Shown here piece by piece: positions 48,620 to 59,510 of a stretch of DNA of 64,000 nucleotides. The DNA is from Cycas panzhihuaensis (lineage: Eukaryota; Plantae; Cycadophyta): assembly GCA_023213395.1 (NCBI GenBank), contig CM041465.1, forward strand, positions 162,943,741 to 163,007,740. Reading direction: 5' to 3'. The position numbers and the translations under genes were made by a program. The notes below the pieces were generated by a model. It did no database searches, was not told the DNA's origin, and saw only the letters and a program-made list of their open reading frames with translations. Position 1 is the first letter of the stretch; the number at the start of each line of letters is the position of its first letter.

Positions 48620-49939
48620 CTACTATAGGCCCTCCCACCCTTGGCATCTGGGGGGTCACCTCCTGCTCCTCAGAAATGGTCCTTCAATCATCCCTTCCTT
48701 CAGGGTTCATTGATACCCTTGGTCAATTTGGGAAGCCGTCTCCCTTTCTCAAATCACTCTTTTAGGGGGTCTTCCAACTCTCCTATCGTTTCCTAGGTCA
48801 GGGCCTCTCCTTTGGCTCGCCATTTCCTCCTACATCCCTTTCCCCTTTACCATCCACATTCGCTCTGCACTAACCAACCCTTCCTGACCCTCTCTAATAA
48901 TCAAGGCCTCCACATGTTACATCCTTTCTAAACCCTCGCAATTGGCCTTGCACCCATCCTCGATCTTTGCCATCCCAAACTTCCCCTCTTCCTATCCCTT
49001 TGGCACATCCTTCTCCTCGCCTTCCTCGAAGAGGGTATCCTCTTCTTGCCAGTTTATTATCTAATCTCCCTCCATCTCTTTATCCTTATAGGTCTCCTCC
49101 ACGATGATCACCTGGGCCTCACCCGTGACCCGCTCCCCTACTTCCTCTTCTAGTCCCACGAGTTCGATATTCAGGGCCTCCTTCTTAGTTGCCTCCTCCT
49201 TTTTCAGGTACACAGGGCATTTCAAGGGGAGGTGCCCCAAACTTCTACATCTAAAACATCTGAAATTGTCCAACTCATAAACCAACTTCTGGTCAATATT
49301 CTATCCATCAAATTCAATCATGACCTCTTCCGGGAGGCTTTTGTCAAGTCTCGCTAGAACACAAAATCTAGTATTTATTAGACGAGATCTATTCTTTGTT
49401 GTTGAATACGTAGCTAGTAAAGGGCCTATAGCTCTCGCAACACCTTTTATTACTTCCAGGTTCTAGAACTACAAGGATAACCCTAACACCTATATCCAAA
49501 TCGGAGCCTGTTTTACTGTTGAGACCAAACAGTCAAAACTTGGATGCCACTTTACCAATGTTATTGCTTTCCGCCCTAGCATCCAAGGGGATTTCAATAA
49601 AATACCTATCATATATTTCTGATTGGCGAACCTAAATAAGACACACCCTTTAAGCATAGCCATAACCTCCACTGAGCTCTTTGTTCTCCACTTGGTCACC
49701 ACCAATTTTTTGATAATATCAAGCCTTGGTCTGAGCCCTAAGAACCTACCTACCAAGGTGTTCTCCCAATATTTCTCTATCTGTTTGGTTAGATCTTTAG
49801 GAACAAGTATTTTAATCAAATTATCTTGGTAGATTAGCTCTATCTCATATGTTTTTGAGTCTCCACATCTTAAAACATCTCGATATGTCCTTCCTGTAGG
49901 GGAGAACTGGGTTTGGTTTGTATGAAGTGTTTCCTCCAT
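48620..49939 (-). pseudogene. LINE ORF1 (DUF4283-like domain + zinc knuckle), disrupted
   Basis: YWENTLVGRFLGLRP...W...VLFRFAN...SPWMLG...APIWI and VYELDNFRCFRCRSLGHLPLKCP. Confidence 0.9.
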
Positions 49940-51502
49940 TCTATTTGTGAAACATAACAAAGAGCTACTAAGCTAGCCAACTACTCACCCAACTCATGGC
50001 TTTGGAACTGACCAGTGGTTCCTTTCCAGAGTTGTCCTCTCTGCAGCTCCTTTTCGTCTCCTCCTTGATGCCGATCTTTCCTTTAATTACTATGTCTCGG
50101 CTCTTGTCCCCCCTTATTATTTGAGGGGACTACAAGTGATCTTAGGGTCGAGCAGAAGCTACATATGCCCATAGGACTCCTAGGCCTCCTTCCTCTGTCT
50201 CTCCGCAGAGATCTCTCTAAGCGCCTCTTTAGTAGTGGTTCTATTAGAGGGTCGTCTCTCACCCCATTGCGATGGTCGTTCCGGACCTCGTCTCTGATTT
50301 GGAGACTTTCCAGCCCCGCCAAGTCTCCCTACCCTGTGGAGCCGCCACTACCATAATCAAGGTTTGCCCATGATTACCGTTGCATCCGTTCAGTCGCTCC
50401 AAACCTAGTCCATTTGATTACACCTCATTACTGCTTTCCAAGTGCCCATTTTTATGACAATAGAAATATCAGATTGTTACTCTACCCCTTGGATTTCTTC
50501 TTCATTGTCCTTGGTTTCTACCGCTAGGACTTTGACATTTTTCTCTTCCTTGAGATCCATAAGTTTGAACTTAGCTTTGATCAAACTAGGCTTGAAAATA
50601 TCTGTCTTTGGAATTGATTTTGCCTTTGATAGAAGCGACTTAGACATTGCCCTTGATGATTACCTTGACTTTGATGATAACCTTGTGCTTGATAAGCTTG
50701 ACCTTGCATTTGATATAGATAATATACCTTACCATTAAGATATGATTAACTTTTTTCAAAAAATACATACATTAAAATGTGCCTAGTTAACCTGAAAATA
50801 GACCACAACTATCCTTGTAACATAATGATACTAACCTATACGCATACAAATAATGAAATCTACTCTTTTTCACAATCTTTGATAATTGATTACATCAGAT
50901 AAATATACATAGTAACTCTTTCTACCACAAATAGATATGTAAATGCAAATAAGAGCACATTAAGGGTTGTCCTTCAAACAATAATGTAAGTATCAAAAAT
51001 CTACCTACTACTTTGTGGACGTCGATAAGATGAAGCGACAAATACGCAAATTCAAGGGAGAGGCACAAATGTGCAATCGCAGTCAAAAATATGTAACCCA
51101 CATAGTAAAGTGTTAATGCTTTAATATTTATATGGCACAACATAAGGAACTTGTAACTGCAAAGTTGTTGCATATTGTTTATGTGCAATTGTTGGGTCCA
51201 CAAATAGAAAATGCCACAAAGTATAAATATCAAATGTTTTAAAGATATACAAATTATGTAATGTGAAATAATATTTTGACCTCTGCACAAGTAATTCACA
51301 GTCGTGAGGACTCCACACAATGTAAAAAAGAAAAAAATGGCACAAATATGTATATAGCCATAAAATATTGCAAACCAATCCACAAACGCAAATAATAATG
51401 TAAAAAAATATAACGCGACACAAATGTTAATACGAGAAGCAATGCAAATATTTTATAAGTTGCATTGATACTTTTTACAGTCATCAGTGGATTACATAAC
51501 CA

Positions 51503-51770
51503 GATGTAAAGACGAAAACCTAAGGTCCCTTTGGGACTATCATATACCCCAACGAACTTGCTCACAGTGCTAACAATGGCCTAAATATTGCTATCAAGCT
51601 TTTGGAGCCTATCAAACAACAATTTTCATTAATCTCTTACATTGATTTTTACTAGTTAACTTGTGTCGTCACAATCGAGGTGACTAGAGGGCCTAATATT
51701 CCTTTTCACCCTAGCAGAGAGGACAAAATTGAAGTACCTGGGGAGGGACGCCTCACTAATGCTACCAACG
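51503..51770 (+). pseudogene. APX: Intron-less cytosolic L-ascorbate peroxidase fragment
   Basis: Single frame [86 protein letters not shown] matches the cytosolic APX core. Two stops; not represented in the ORF track. Confidence 0.95.
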
Positions 51771-53842
51771 ACTAAACAAAAAGTGGATCGAGAAAAGCAA
51801 TAGTAAATAGGAGAGATGAATTTGCAGTTCCATACCGAGGACCATCAGTTAAAAAGATGGAATGAAGTGGTAAGTTATTTAAGGCATGTTGCCTTTGAAT
51901 TCTACCAGATGAAGAAGACAACAATATAGTACTCAAACAAGGATGTCAAGAATAGTTTAGCCTAAGAATAATAATCCACAACATGCGTAAGTAAGAAAAA
52001 TATAAATATTAAAAAAGACATAAAAATCCCAATGTAATGATCAGTCAAATATAGACACATGAAGTATGCAAACATGGAAATACACGAACATAGACCAAGA
52101 GGCCTAAACGTGCAGGAGGATGCTTCTTCCATAGAGAGAACTTAGATCTGTAACTTTACCAGAAACATTATATAATACGTTTTCGTAAATATTGTAAACA
52201 GACTTATCAAAAAGATCAAAAAAAAAAAATTGAGTGATAAAAATAGATATACCAAAAATGTGCACAACAAACTCTTCATAAACTCCTCTGTAGATAGCTT
52301 CTCAAATGTGGCTTTGAACACCCGAGCAATGGCTCTAACTACATAAACAAAACTCTACAAATAAAGAAAGACGGCTTTGATACCAAATGATAGAATCAAG
52401 GGGTAGAGGGAATAGAATGACAATGTAAGAAGAGAACCATTAATCCCATGAAGTTGGTGTTGTTGATGAACACCAAGGTCTTCAAACCCCATGAATAAAT
52501 AAGTGAGATTAAGAGGAATTTAGAATACTCCTTAAAGTCTACTACCGACTGACGTTAACAAACGTCGGATATGCTCCCACCAAGATCTGACATAATGCGA
52601 CTAAATTTTGACATAATGTTGTCACAATATCTCCATGATCTAAGTTATCACCCCAATGTCAATAATTTTCTAAAGGTGGATACAAGCCAAAATATAGGCA
52701 TTATTCCAACATTTACATTAGCACACACATATACATGTTTGTTTGTGTATACCCATTATGTCACACTACATATATACATATACATGAAACCACAAAAATA
52801 AAAAAGTAAACTAAATTGTTGAAAGATATTACTATGAAAAATCATAATTTCATTTTGTTAACGTTGAATGAACAAATCCATAGATAAAACCAAAACTTAC
52901 CAAATACACCATGCTATACTATATAATTTAGTAATAAAGTGTCTTAAACAATTAGATACAATTTCATGTTAGTATGACTCAATTGAGAAACATATTCATA
53001 TTTGTAAATCAATTCACAAGATTCCAAACAAAAGAACAGCACTTTGCACATATTCTCATCAAAGAAAAGGTGGAAAATGAAAAACAATATAACAAACAAT
53101 CTTATTATAGTATTTAAGAATGAACAAGAAAATTTTAAAAGAACACCAATGAGAATCAAATAATACCAACATGAATGACATAATAATAATCGTTTTCACC
53201 ACAATCCATTTTGCATCTAAATTGCAAGCTAAGTGTACTCATCCTCCTAATCATCTCACCGAGTTAACATCAAATTACATGTTAACATCAAATTGCATGA
53301 GCCAAATTACCTGGCTGTGGTAGTTCCACCATTGGATTTATTTGGGCATACCAATGTCAAACCAATAACACATGTACTAGCTTCATAATAATATATTAGA
53401 CGTAGTAGTTTTCGCAATGGTGCAATACATAAAATTTTTACAATATTGTTACATGCAATAGCCTTATTTAGATGGAATCATTTGTCAATAGTTGCAACTA
53501 TACTAGGGTATTGACACACAATTATCAAAAAATTGGCGTATCTAGAAAAAAAAAAAAAAAAAACAAGTTTTAAGAATATTCCAATAAATATCTAATTGTT
53601 CAACTGTAATCCCTTAAGCAAAACATAAATCAAAGCATGAAAATATAGGCAAAACCTCTTAGAAATATATTTACCTGGAAATGCAATCAAACTCCTTGTC
53701 ATCCATAATGCAATCAAAATCTTCAAGATGCAACAATGCAATTGAAGTTTTCCTATAGATGCCTCTCTTACAGCATGAAATTCTTTTTAATTTTCAATTT
53801 TTATGTATTTGATTTGACTTATTTATTTTATTTTTCTGAGGA

Positions 53843-53892
53843 TGGACACGTGAAATGTCCAAATTTGCCTAGTTTTCAATATATAGTATAGA
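53843..53892. mobile_element. Helitron-like terminus
   Basis: Hairpin TGGACA-CGTGAAA-TGTCCA (53843-53861) followed by CTAG|T (53869-53872). The adjacent minus strand reads A|TCTATACTATAT from 53892. Confidence 0.45.
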
Positions 53893-55127
53893 TATATCAT
53901 TAAATTCGATAATATAATACATCATCATATAATATTATATTATATTATTGAGCTGACCCTTGTCTTCGTCAGGGCAGTAGTGGGTGGTGGGTTGGGGTGG
54001 GGAGGTGCGGTTTCTATATATATATATATATATATGCAATTTTTTAATTGAGTTTTATTTCATGCCTTTGAATCAAACCAGCATTTTCAAGTTGCATATT
54101 TTTTTGCAATTTAGACTGACAAGGTGAATTCAGCATCACACACAAACTTCAAAAATATGCTTCAATCTATTTTGTTTCAGTTGGAATCACGAATGCCACT
54201 TTGGACCCCATGAAAACTACCGAAATAGAGACCTTGACAATAACAAGGATAAAGAAAATTTTGAACAGTTTACCTCAACTCTTCATTGGAAGCACAGCAT
54301 CAATTCTACCAAAAGAACAAAATACAGCATTACTGCAGCCTATTAGCCAAACAATGTCTGCATAGAAAGAAACAAATAGACTGCTAGACGACTGGGACAG
54401 GCAACACCCTGTGAACAGAAAAAGTGGATCCCTTACCCATTTTTGGGTGAGGCTAACATTGAGTTTTGTAGACAAAACTTGCAAAAAGAGGATACCTTAG
54501 GAAGAATAAACTTCCAATCAGGCCCTGAAAAAATAGCTTCCAAGTGCTTTGGGTGCATTATTTAAGATGTCCTTAAGAAAACATCAAAATGGAAAACCAG
54601 GAAGCCACATGAAAAGGGCACCTGTGGATAAATATCATCCATTACATCTAAAAACCAAAATATAGAAATGAAAACCATGGAAGCCACTTGGAAAAGATAT
54701 GTTTGGATAAAGATCACCTGTTACACCCAACGAAACAATGATTTCATACAATTATACATTCCAGAACTTGCATCATACTCTTGCCAATTTGACAGAGTAA
54801 CTTGACCAAATTTAAGCACACAGCAAAAGGACTAAAAACACTTGAACACTGCCCTACCACAGCAACAAAATTTAGTGCAATTAAAGTCCATTATCTTCAA
54901 AACAAAATTTAAATTTAGAGCTGGGACCCGCAGGAAGTGGTGGGGTGGCTTGGGGGGGGGGGGGGGGGGGGGGGGAGTGGCAGAATTCAAATCCTCCTGC
55001 TCAGATGATCCTCAATGCTGAAATCTATCCCAAGGTGAGATATCCCAGTCATCACAGTTCACGTGACTCAACTGCAGCACTTGAGGAGAGGAAAATTTGA
55101 ACTGTAGTCCTTGAAGAAGGGAAAATT

Positions 55128-57273
55128 TCAAGTCAGAACAGGGAAAAGCCTAGCAACATGATCGAATGGAATACTGTCTGCTGTGTTCTTCTTCAACTCC
55201 GGATGATTATATTCATTAGGTGGAAGAACAATAAGCTGCAATAAATAAGAAGAAAAATGTTATTCCAGACGGGAAACAACAGAAGTAACAAAAACTGTCC
55301 ATGACCAAGAACAAACATTACCTGCTCTCTACCATGTCCTTTTTCTAAAGACCAGCCACTATTTGCCACGTGATGCTCTATGAACTTATCAAGTGATAAA
55401 CCTTCAATATTGATTGCCTGCCATACATGAAATAATTGCTAGTTTGCTTTGTTACTCTGAAAATCTATGAAAATTTCAACCCTCGGAAGTTGTATCAAAA
55501 AACATATAGCAGACTAACCAACCTCTGCAAGGACATGTCTTGGCACTTTTTGGTAAGTCAGAGAAAGTACATGAATAGCATATGCTTGAATAGCCTGCTC
55601 AAACCCTGCAACTCATCAGAGAGGTAAAGACGTGGGCATTAAACAAAGATGGAGTAGATGGGATAAAACAACTATTAGACATTCTTCGTGCAGAAGCTTA
55701 TAACTGCCGAAAACAATCCTTCTTTAAGATCTGTTGTCAAAACGGAATGTGTCATACCAGGTACCACTTCCAATATATCACGATTCCTAGCAGCCTCATC
55801 CCAGAACTCACGGAACCTTGTTGTCTGTGATAGATATTGGATTAATCATTCAAAGAATCAAATATAGCAATCTTTCAGCCGACTTCTATGTTAGATTTGA
55901 TGCCAAAAGACCAATCCTACCTTCAAATTAATTATAAAATTCTTCAAAGAACAATTTTCAGGCGCTTAAGAGGTCATCCTACAAACAAGATGATTCAAAC
56001 AACCAAGCACTATCTATAATTTCACTAATTACCTCTAAGTAGTGGGAGAGTGTAATCAGAGTGATAAAAGGCTCCTCCATTTGCTGATAAGTCGTCAAGG
56101 ATTACCAAATGGCATAATCTTCAAATACAAATATTGGAAATGGGAAAATGATTTTAGTAATATAGTGTTGACAAAAATAACCACCACTGTGACAAACCCT
56201 GCCTTCTTTTGCTTAATGCTACCATGGTCATCCTCTGCAGCATTGACCAATGAATTCATCTAAACTTCCCCAGTTTTCTTCTTGTAGAAAGAGACATAGT
56301 CCAACACACTAAATAAATGAAAGGATACAAGTCTTTCTGGGATCAAGAACATGCAAAGGTTGAAATCGGGAGCAGGCATTGCCATGAGAGCCTGTTACAA
56401 ACAAAATTCATAAGTAGAAAGTATATGGAACAATAAAGCATAGAAACTAGAACCAGTTTCGAAACCCAATGTCAAATGTTGTTTTAGACATAGATGCTAA
56501 ACAGTTGTTTTAGTCCCACGCCAAAACACAAGCACTGGGGAAGAAAGGCTGAACCTTGACCAAAATCCGTCCAACAATTTGCACACTCAGGCGTGCTGGT
56601 TCAAACTGCACAAATAAGAACTGTGTACATCAGCATATGCATATCTGGTTCATACTCATCTTTGCTGACTCAAGCTGCTGACTTCCAATGCTTCGTGTTT
56701 TTATAATTGATATGCTACATTTTTTAAAGTAATTGTATGCAAATATATATAAAGCTAACTTCAATACATGGACTCACAGCAGACTAAAAACAGAAACAAA
56801 GTCCCTGACAGAGGACCCTTTTTCGAAAAGCAATTAAAATGCATCAATCATGGTCAGGAAAAATATGTAGTTTAAAAATGTGATGGAATTACAAATGCCA
56901 ACAAAACAAACACGAATTCATAAACACAGATCTGAAACATCCAAGTCATGTTCTGTAATAACAGAATCCCAATGCCTTCAAACATAGCAGAAATTAGCTG
57001 CTATCAATTTATAGCATGCGAATAAAGTTGAATGTACAACAATATCGATGATCACATAACTACAATTACATAAACAGAAAACGAAGAGGCAGTGCTGAGC
57101 CATGCGGACTTTCAAACAATGATATGAAGAATTATTTTAACTAATGATCAAAAGAATTCCAAATTCCAACAAAGTTCAAAAAACAAGAAATAGCTTGTTT
57201 AGGCAGTCTCACAAACCTGATACAACCGGAGAAGGCACAGATTGGCATCCAGACTATATGTCTGCGATACAAC
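55128..57273 (-). CDS. EIF3K: Eukaryotic translation initiation factor 3 subunit K, 8 coding exons, 5'-partial
   Basis: GT-AG exons 57273-57217, 56605-56555, 56391-56329, 56083-56033, 55824-55758, 55605-55523, 55417-55322, 55235-55128 splice to VVSQTYSLDANLCLLRLYQFEPARLSVQIVGRILVKALMAMPAPDFNLCMFLIPERLQMEEPFITLITLSHYLETTRFREFWDEAARNRDILEVVPGFEQAIQAYAIHVLSLTYQKVPRHVLAEAINIEGLSLDKFIEHHVANSGWSLEKGHGREQLIVLPPNEYNHPELKKNTADSIPFDHVARLFPVLT* with no disruptions. Confidence 0.97.
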
Positions 57274-57921
57274 CTGCAACATAAAGCACCCTAGTCAGCT
57301 CCAAATGTAATTAAGACTCTGCCTTTTACATAAAATCCAGAAAGAGTCCCTCTTTTACAGCTTTATCTGCTTCAAGCTCCAATGTTTTACAGGTTTTACC
57401 TAACATATAAAAAATTCATTCTTTTTAATTTAAATTAACATACTCAAAACACAAAATTATTTCATGTTCCATGTCAACGCTAACATATTTTATATAAATA
57501 AAATGTTTAAATGGTTTTTTGAAAATGTTAATTTACGGTTTCTGTATTTCCAAATGTTTTGACAAGTAGCATTTTGCCCATTCTCATTTTCATTATATGC
57601 TTACCCATTTCAATATTCTTGGCAACTTAATGTTATTGGAATAATGTTTAATTCATGGTCATTGTAACCATTGGTGATGTATTCCTCATTTATTGTGCAC
57701 TCTAAATTAATGTGCATGAATTCACATAGGCGCATGTTAAGTGTTTCTCAATGTACACTTGTAAGTTTCCTCTGGTTTGTTGTAACTACCTATTGAGGTG
57801 TAACTGAGGTGTTACTTGTATACACTGAAGTATCATTCATGCATCAAGATGCACGTCATGGACCTATATCTATTTATTTACATATTTTTACAAATAGAGA
57901 AGTAGTAAGTGTTGCTTTTAC

Positions 57922-58852
57922 CTTCAATTTTCTTGTGCATGTGAATGCCAATTCTTCTAACAAATATGACAGCAATTTATCCGTTTTGGGGTATGTTCCA
58001 AAGATAACCACTTTTTATTCTTCATATACAAAAGGTTTGTCATTGTTAGTTCCACTAAAGGGAAATGCCAGTTCCACCAGTAGGGTAGCTAGTGTCAGTT
58101 TTCCCCAGTGAAGAGTACAGCAACTGTTTTCCCCAACGGGGTTAGGATCTGTTTTACCAGCTTGGTTTTCCCCTATGAGGATCAGTGTGTTGCCCACCAG
58201 GTCTTGTGTCTTTTCAAGTTTTTATGGATTAGAGTCTGTTAACTTACTATGCATTTGTTAAATAGGAGTCAGTAAAAGAAGGTTTGTATCAGTTCCAATA
58301 ACCGACAGCACCAGTAGATTCTTAACAGTATGTAACCAACTGGGATGCTATGAAAGTAAAGATGGAAGATCAGTAATACAGTATCTTCCAGTCTCTCTTC
58401 ACCTATTTCCATATATGATGTATTCCTTCTCTATCCATCGTATGGCTAGGCCCTCATTGAAATCAACCTGACAGATATACCTCCCATTTGCCTTTGGGAT
58501 TGGCAATCTGTCAAGGGTTATAACCTCTTGTGCTGACCGATATGCTGTCTTGCACAACATTGCAGCCCAACTCAGAGCCAGAGCACGGATAAATGTGTGT
58601 AAAGGAAGGATGACTTCAAAAGACAGGATGAGGGAGCAATTAAATGCTGGGGAGGAGGACCAACACAATCAGGGACAGGCAAACGTAACCACCATCAATA
58701 AGCTCCAATAAGAAACCAAGCTGGAGGAAATCTCTCCTCAAGCAAGGAAATACAATCTAACCTTAACTTTCAGTGCATCCTCACTGTGTTCTTCCTTTGT
58801 GCATTGCAGAATGTCACGAGTTTTTCAAACTGGGATTGGCGATGCTCATATC
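57922..58852 (-). pseudogene. Decayed spliced gene fragment, possibly a SNF2-family helicase
   Basis: Exon-like blocks ~58852-58764, (~58650 or 58467)-58403 and 58246-57922 with GT-AG ends. AYRSAQEVITLDRLPIPK resembles RRxKxEV..LPPK; WGKLTLATLLVEL...KVVIFGTYPKTDKLL resembles SGKL..L...KVLIFSQ. Two TAA stops and a probable frameshift. Confidence 0.45.
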
Positions 58853-59400
58853 TGTTAGCTTCCAAACCAAGGGTTTCTCATGTTTTGGAGATACTCTTTT
58901 AACAAAACAAGAAAGTAAGCAATTGAATCATAGCACAACCATGTGACAATTTGATTCAGCAGTAGATGTTAAGCCACCACAGTAGTTCAATAAGAACTGG
59001 AAAAACTATAAGATACTAATTCCAGAACATAAGAAAGCTCAACATTATGAGAAATATTGAGTTTCAAGGCAATTTTGTTCCTTGCAAGGCTCCTAAGGAG
59101 AAAGCAATAGAGGATATTATTAGCTCCATGTGGACAAAATGCCATCTAACTTGAAATGTGCAACACTCCCAGGTGTTCTAAGTATTAAAAAAAAAAGAGA
59201 GAGAACGCTATGATTAGATCCATCTATAATCATATATAGTGCATTAACTGCCCATATCCTTCCAAACTGCAAGGAGATAGCATCTTATTGCAACAAAGTA
59301 ACACCACCAGGGTTGAAGCAACTTCTACTTATCCACTATCAGAATCTTCACTATGTTTGTTCATGGTTACTGGCTTCACGAACCTGCTCTGAATGCAAAG

Positions 59401-59496
59401 CTGGTTCTTGGATTTAGGTTCACGTTTGCCTAGGTTTGGATTTGGTTCGCTAAGTTGAACCCTACCCAAACCTAGCCAACATCCAACCAAGCCCAG
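59401..59496. repeat. Imperfect inverted repeat (MITE-like hairpin remnant)
   Basis: CTAGGTTTGG (59430-59439) pairs with CCAAACCTAG (59466-59475), with weaker outer arms. Confidence 0.5.
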
Positions 59497-59510
59497 TAAA
59501 CCCACACATA

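Larger units (their letters stand above)
40315..50434 (-). mobile_element. Full-length plant L1-clade LINE with RNase H, interrupted by a gypsy element
   Basis: T-run (poly-A tail) at 40315-40323, 13-bp TSD TTTCCAAATGCCC (40302-40314) / TTTCCAAGTGCCC (50435-50447), ORF1 and ORF2 domains in canonical order. Confidence 0.95.
33270..52711 (-). mobile_element. Old Ty1/copia element forming the outer shell of a 19.4-kb nest
   Basis: Diverged LTRs 33270-33586 and 52388-52711, TSD TTTAC at 33265-33269 and 52712-52716, PBS revcomp TGGTATCAAAGCC at ~52373-52385, PPT at 33587-33596. Coding pieces: RNase H end 33600-33900, RH-RT-INT-PR 37430-40314, gag C-terminus 50448-50740. Confidence 0.92.

Noticed and set aside
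50922-51565. Hydrophobic minus-strand ORFs as membrane proteins
   Set aside because: T-rich low-complexity frames with no recognisable motif; one overlaps the APX fragment antisense.
33437-52801. Similar ORFs at 33437-33631 and 52571-52801 as a duplicated small gene
   Set aside because: They lie within the two LTRs of the outer copia.
58150-58190. LIGENQAGKT as a Walker A motif
   Set aside because: It is built on a GGGGAAAAC motif repeated three times locally, has no following helix or Walker B, and is in the wrong position for the helicase-like context.
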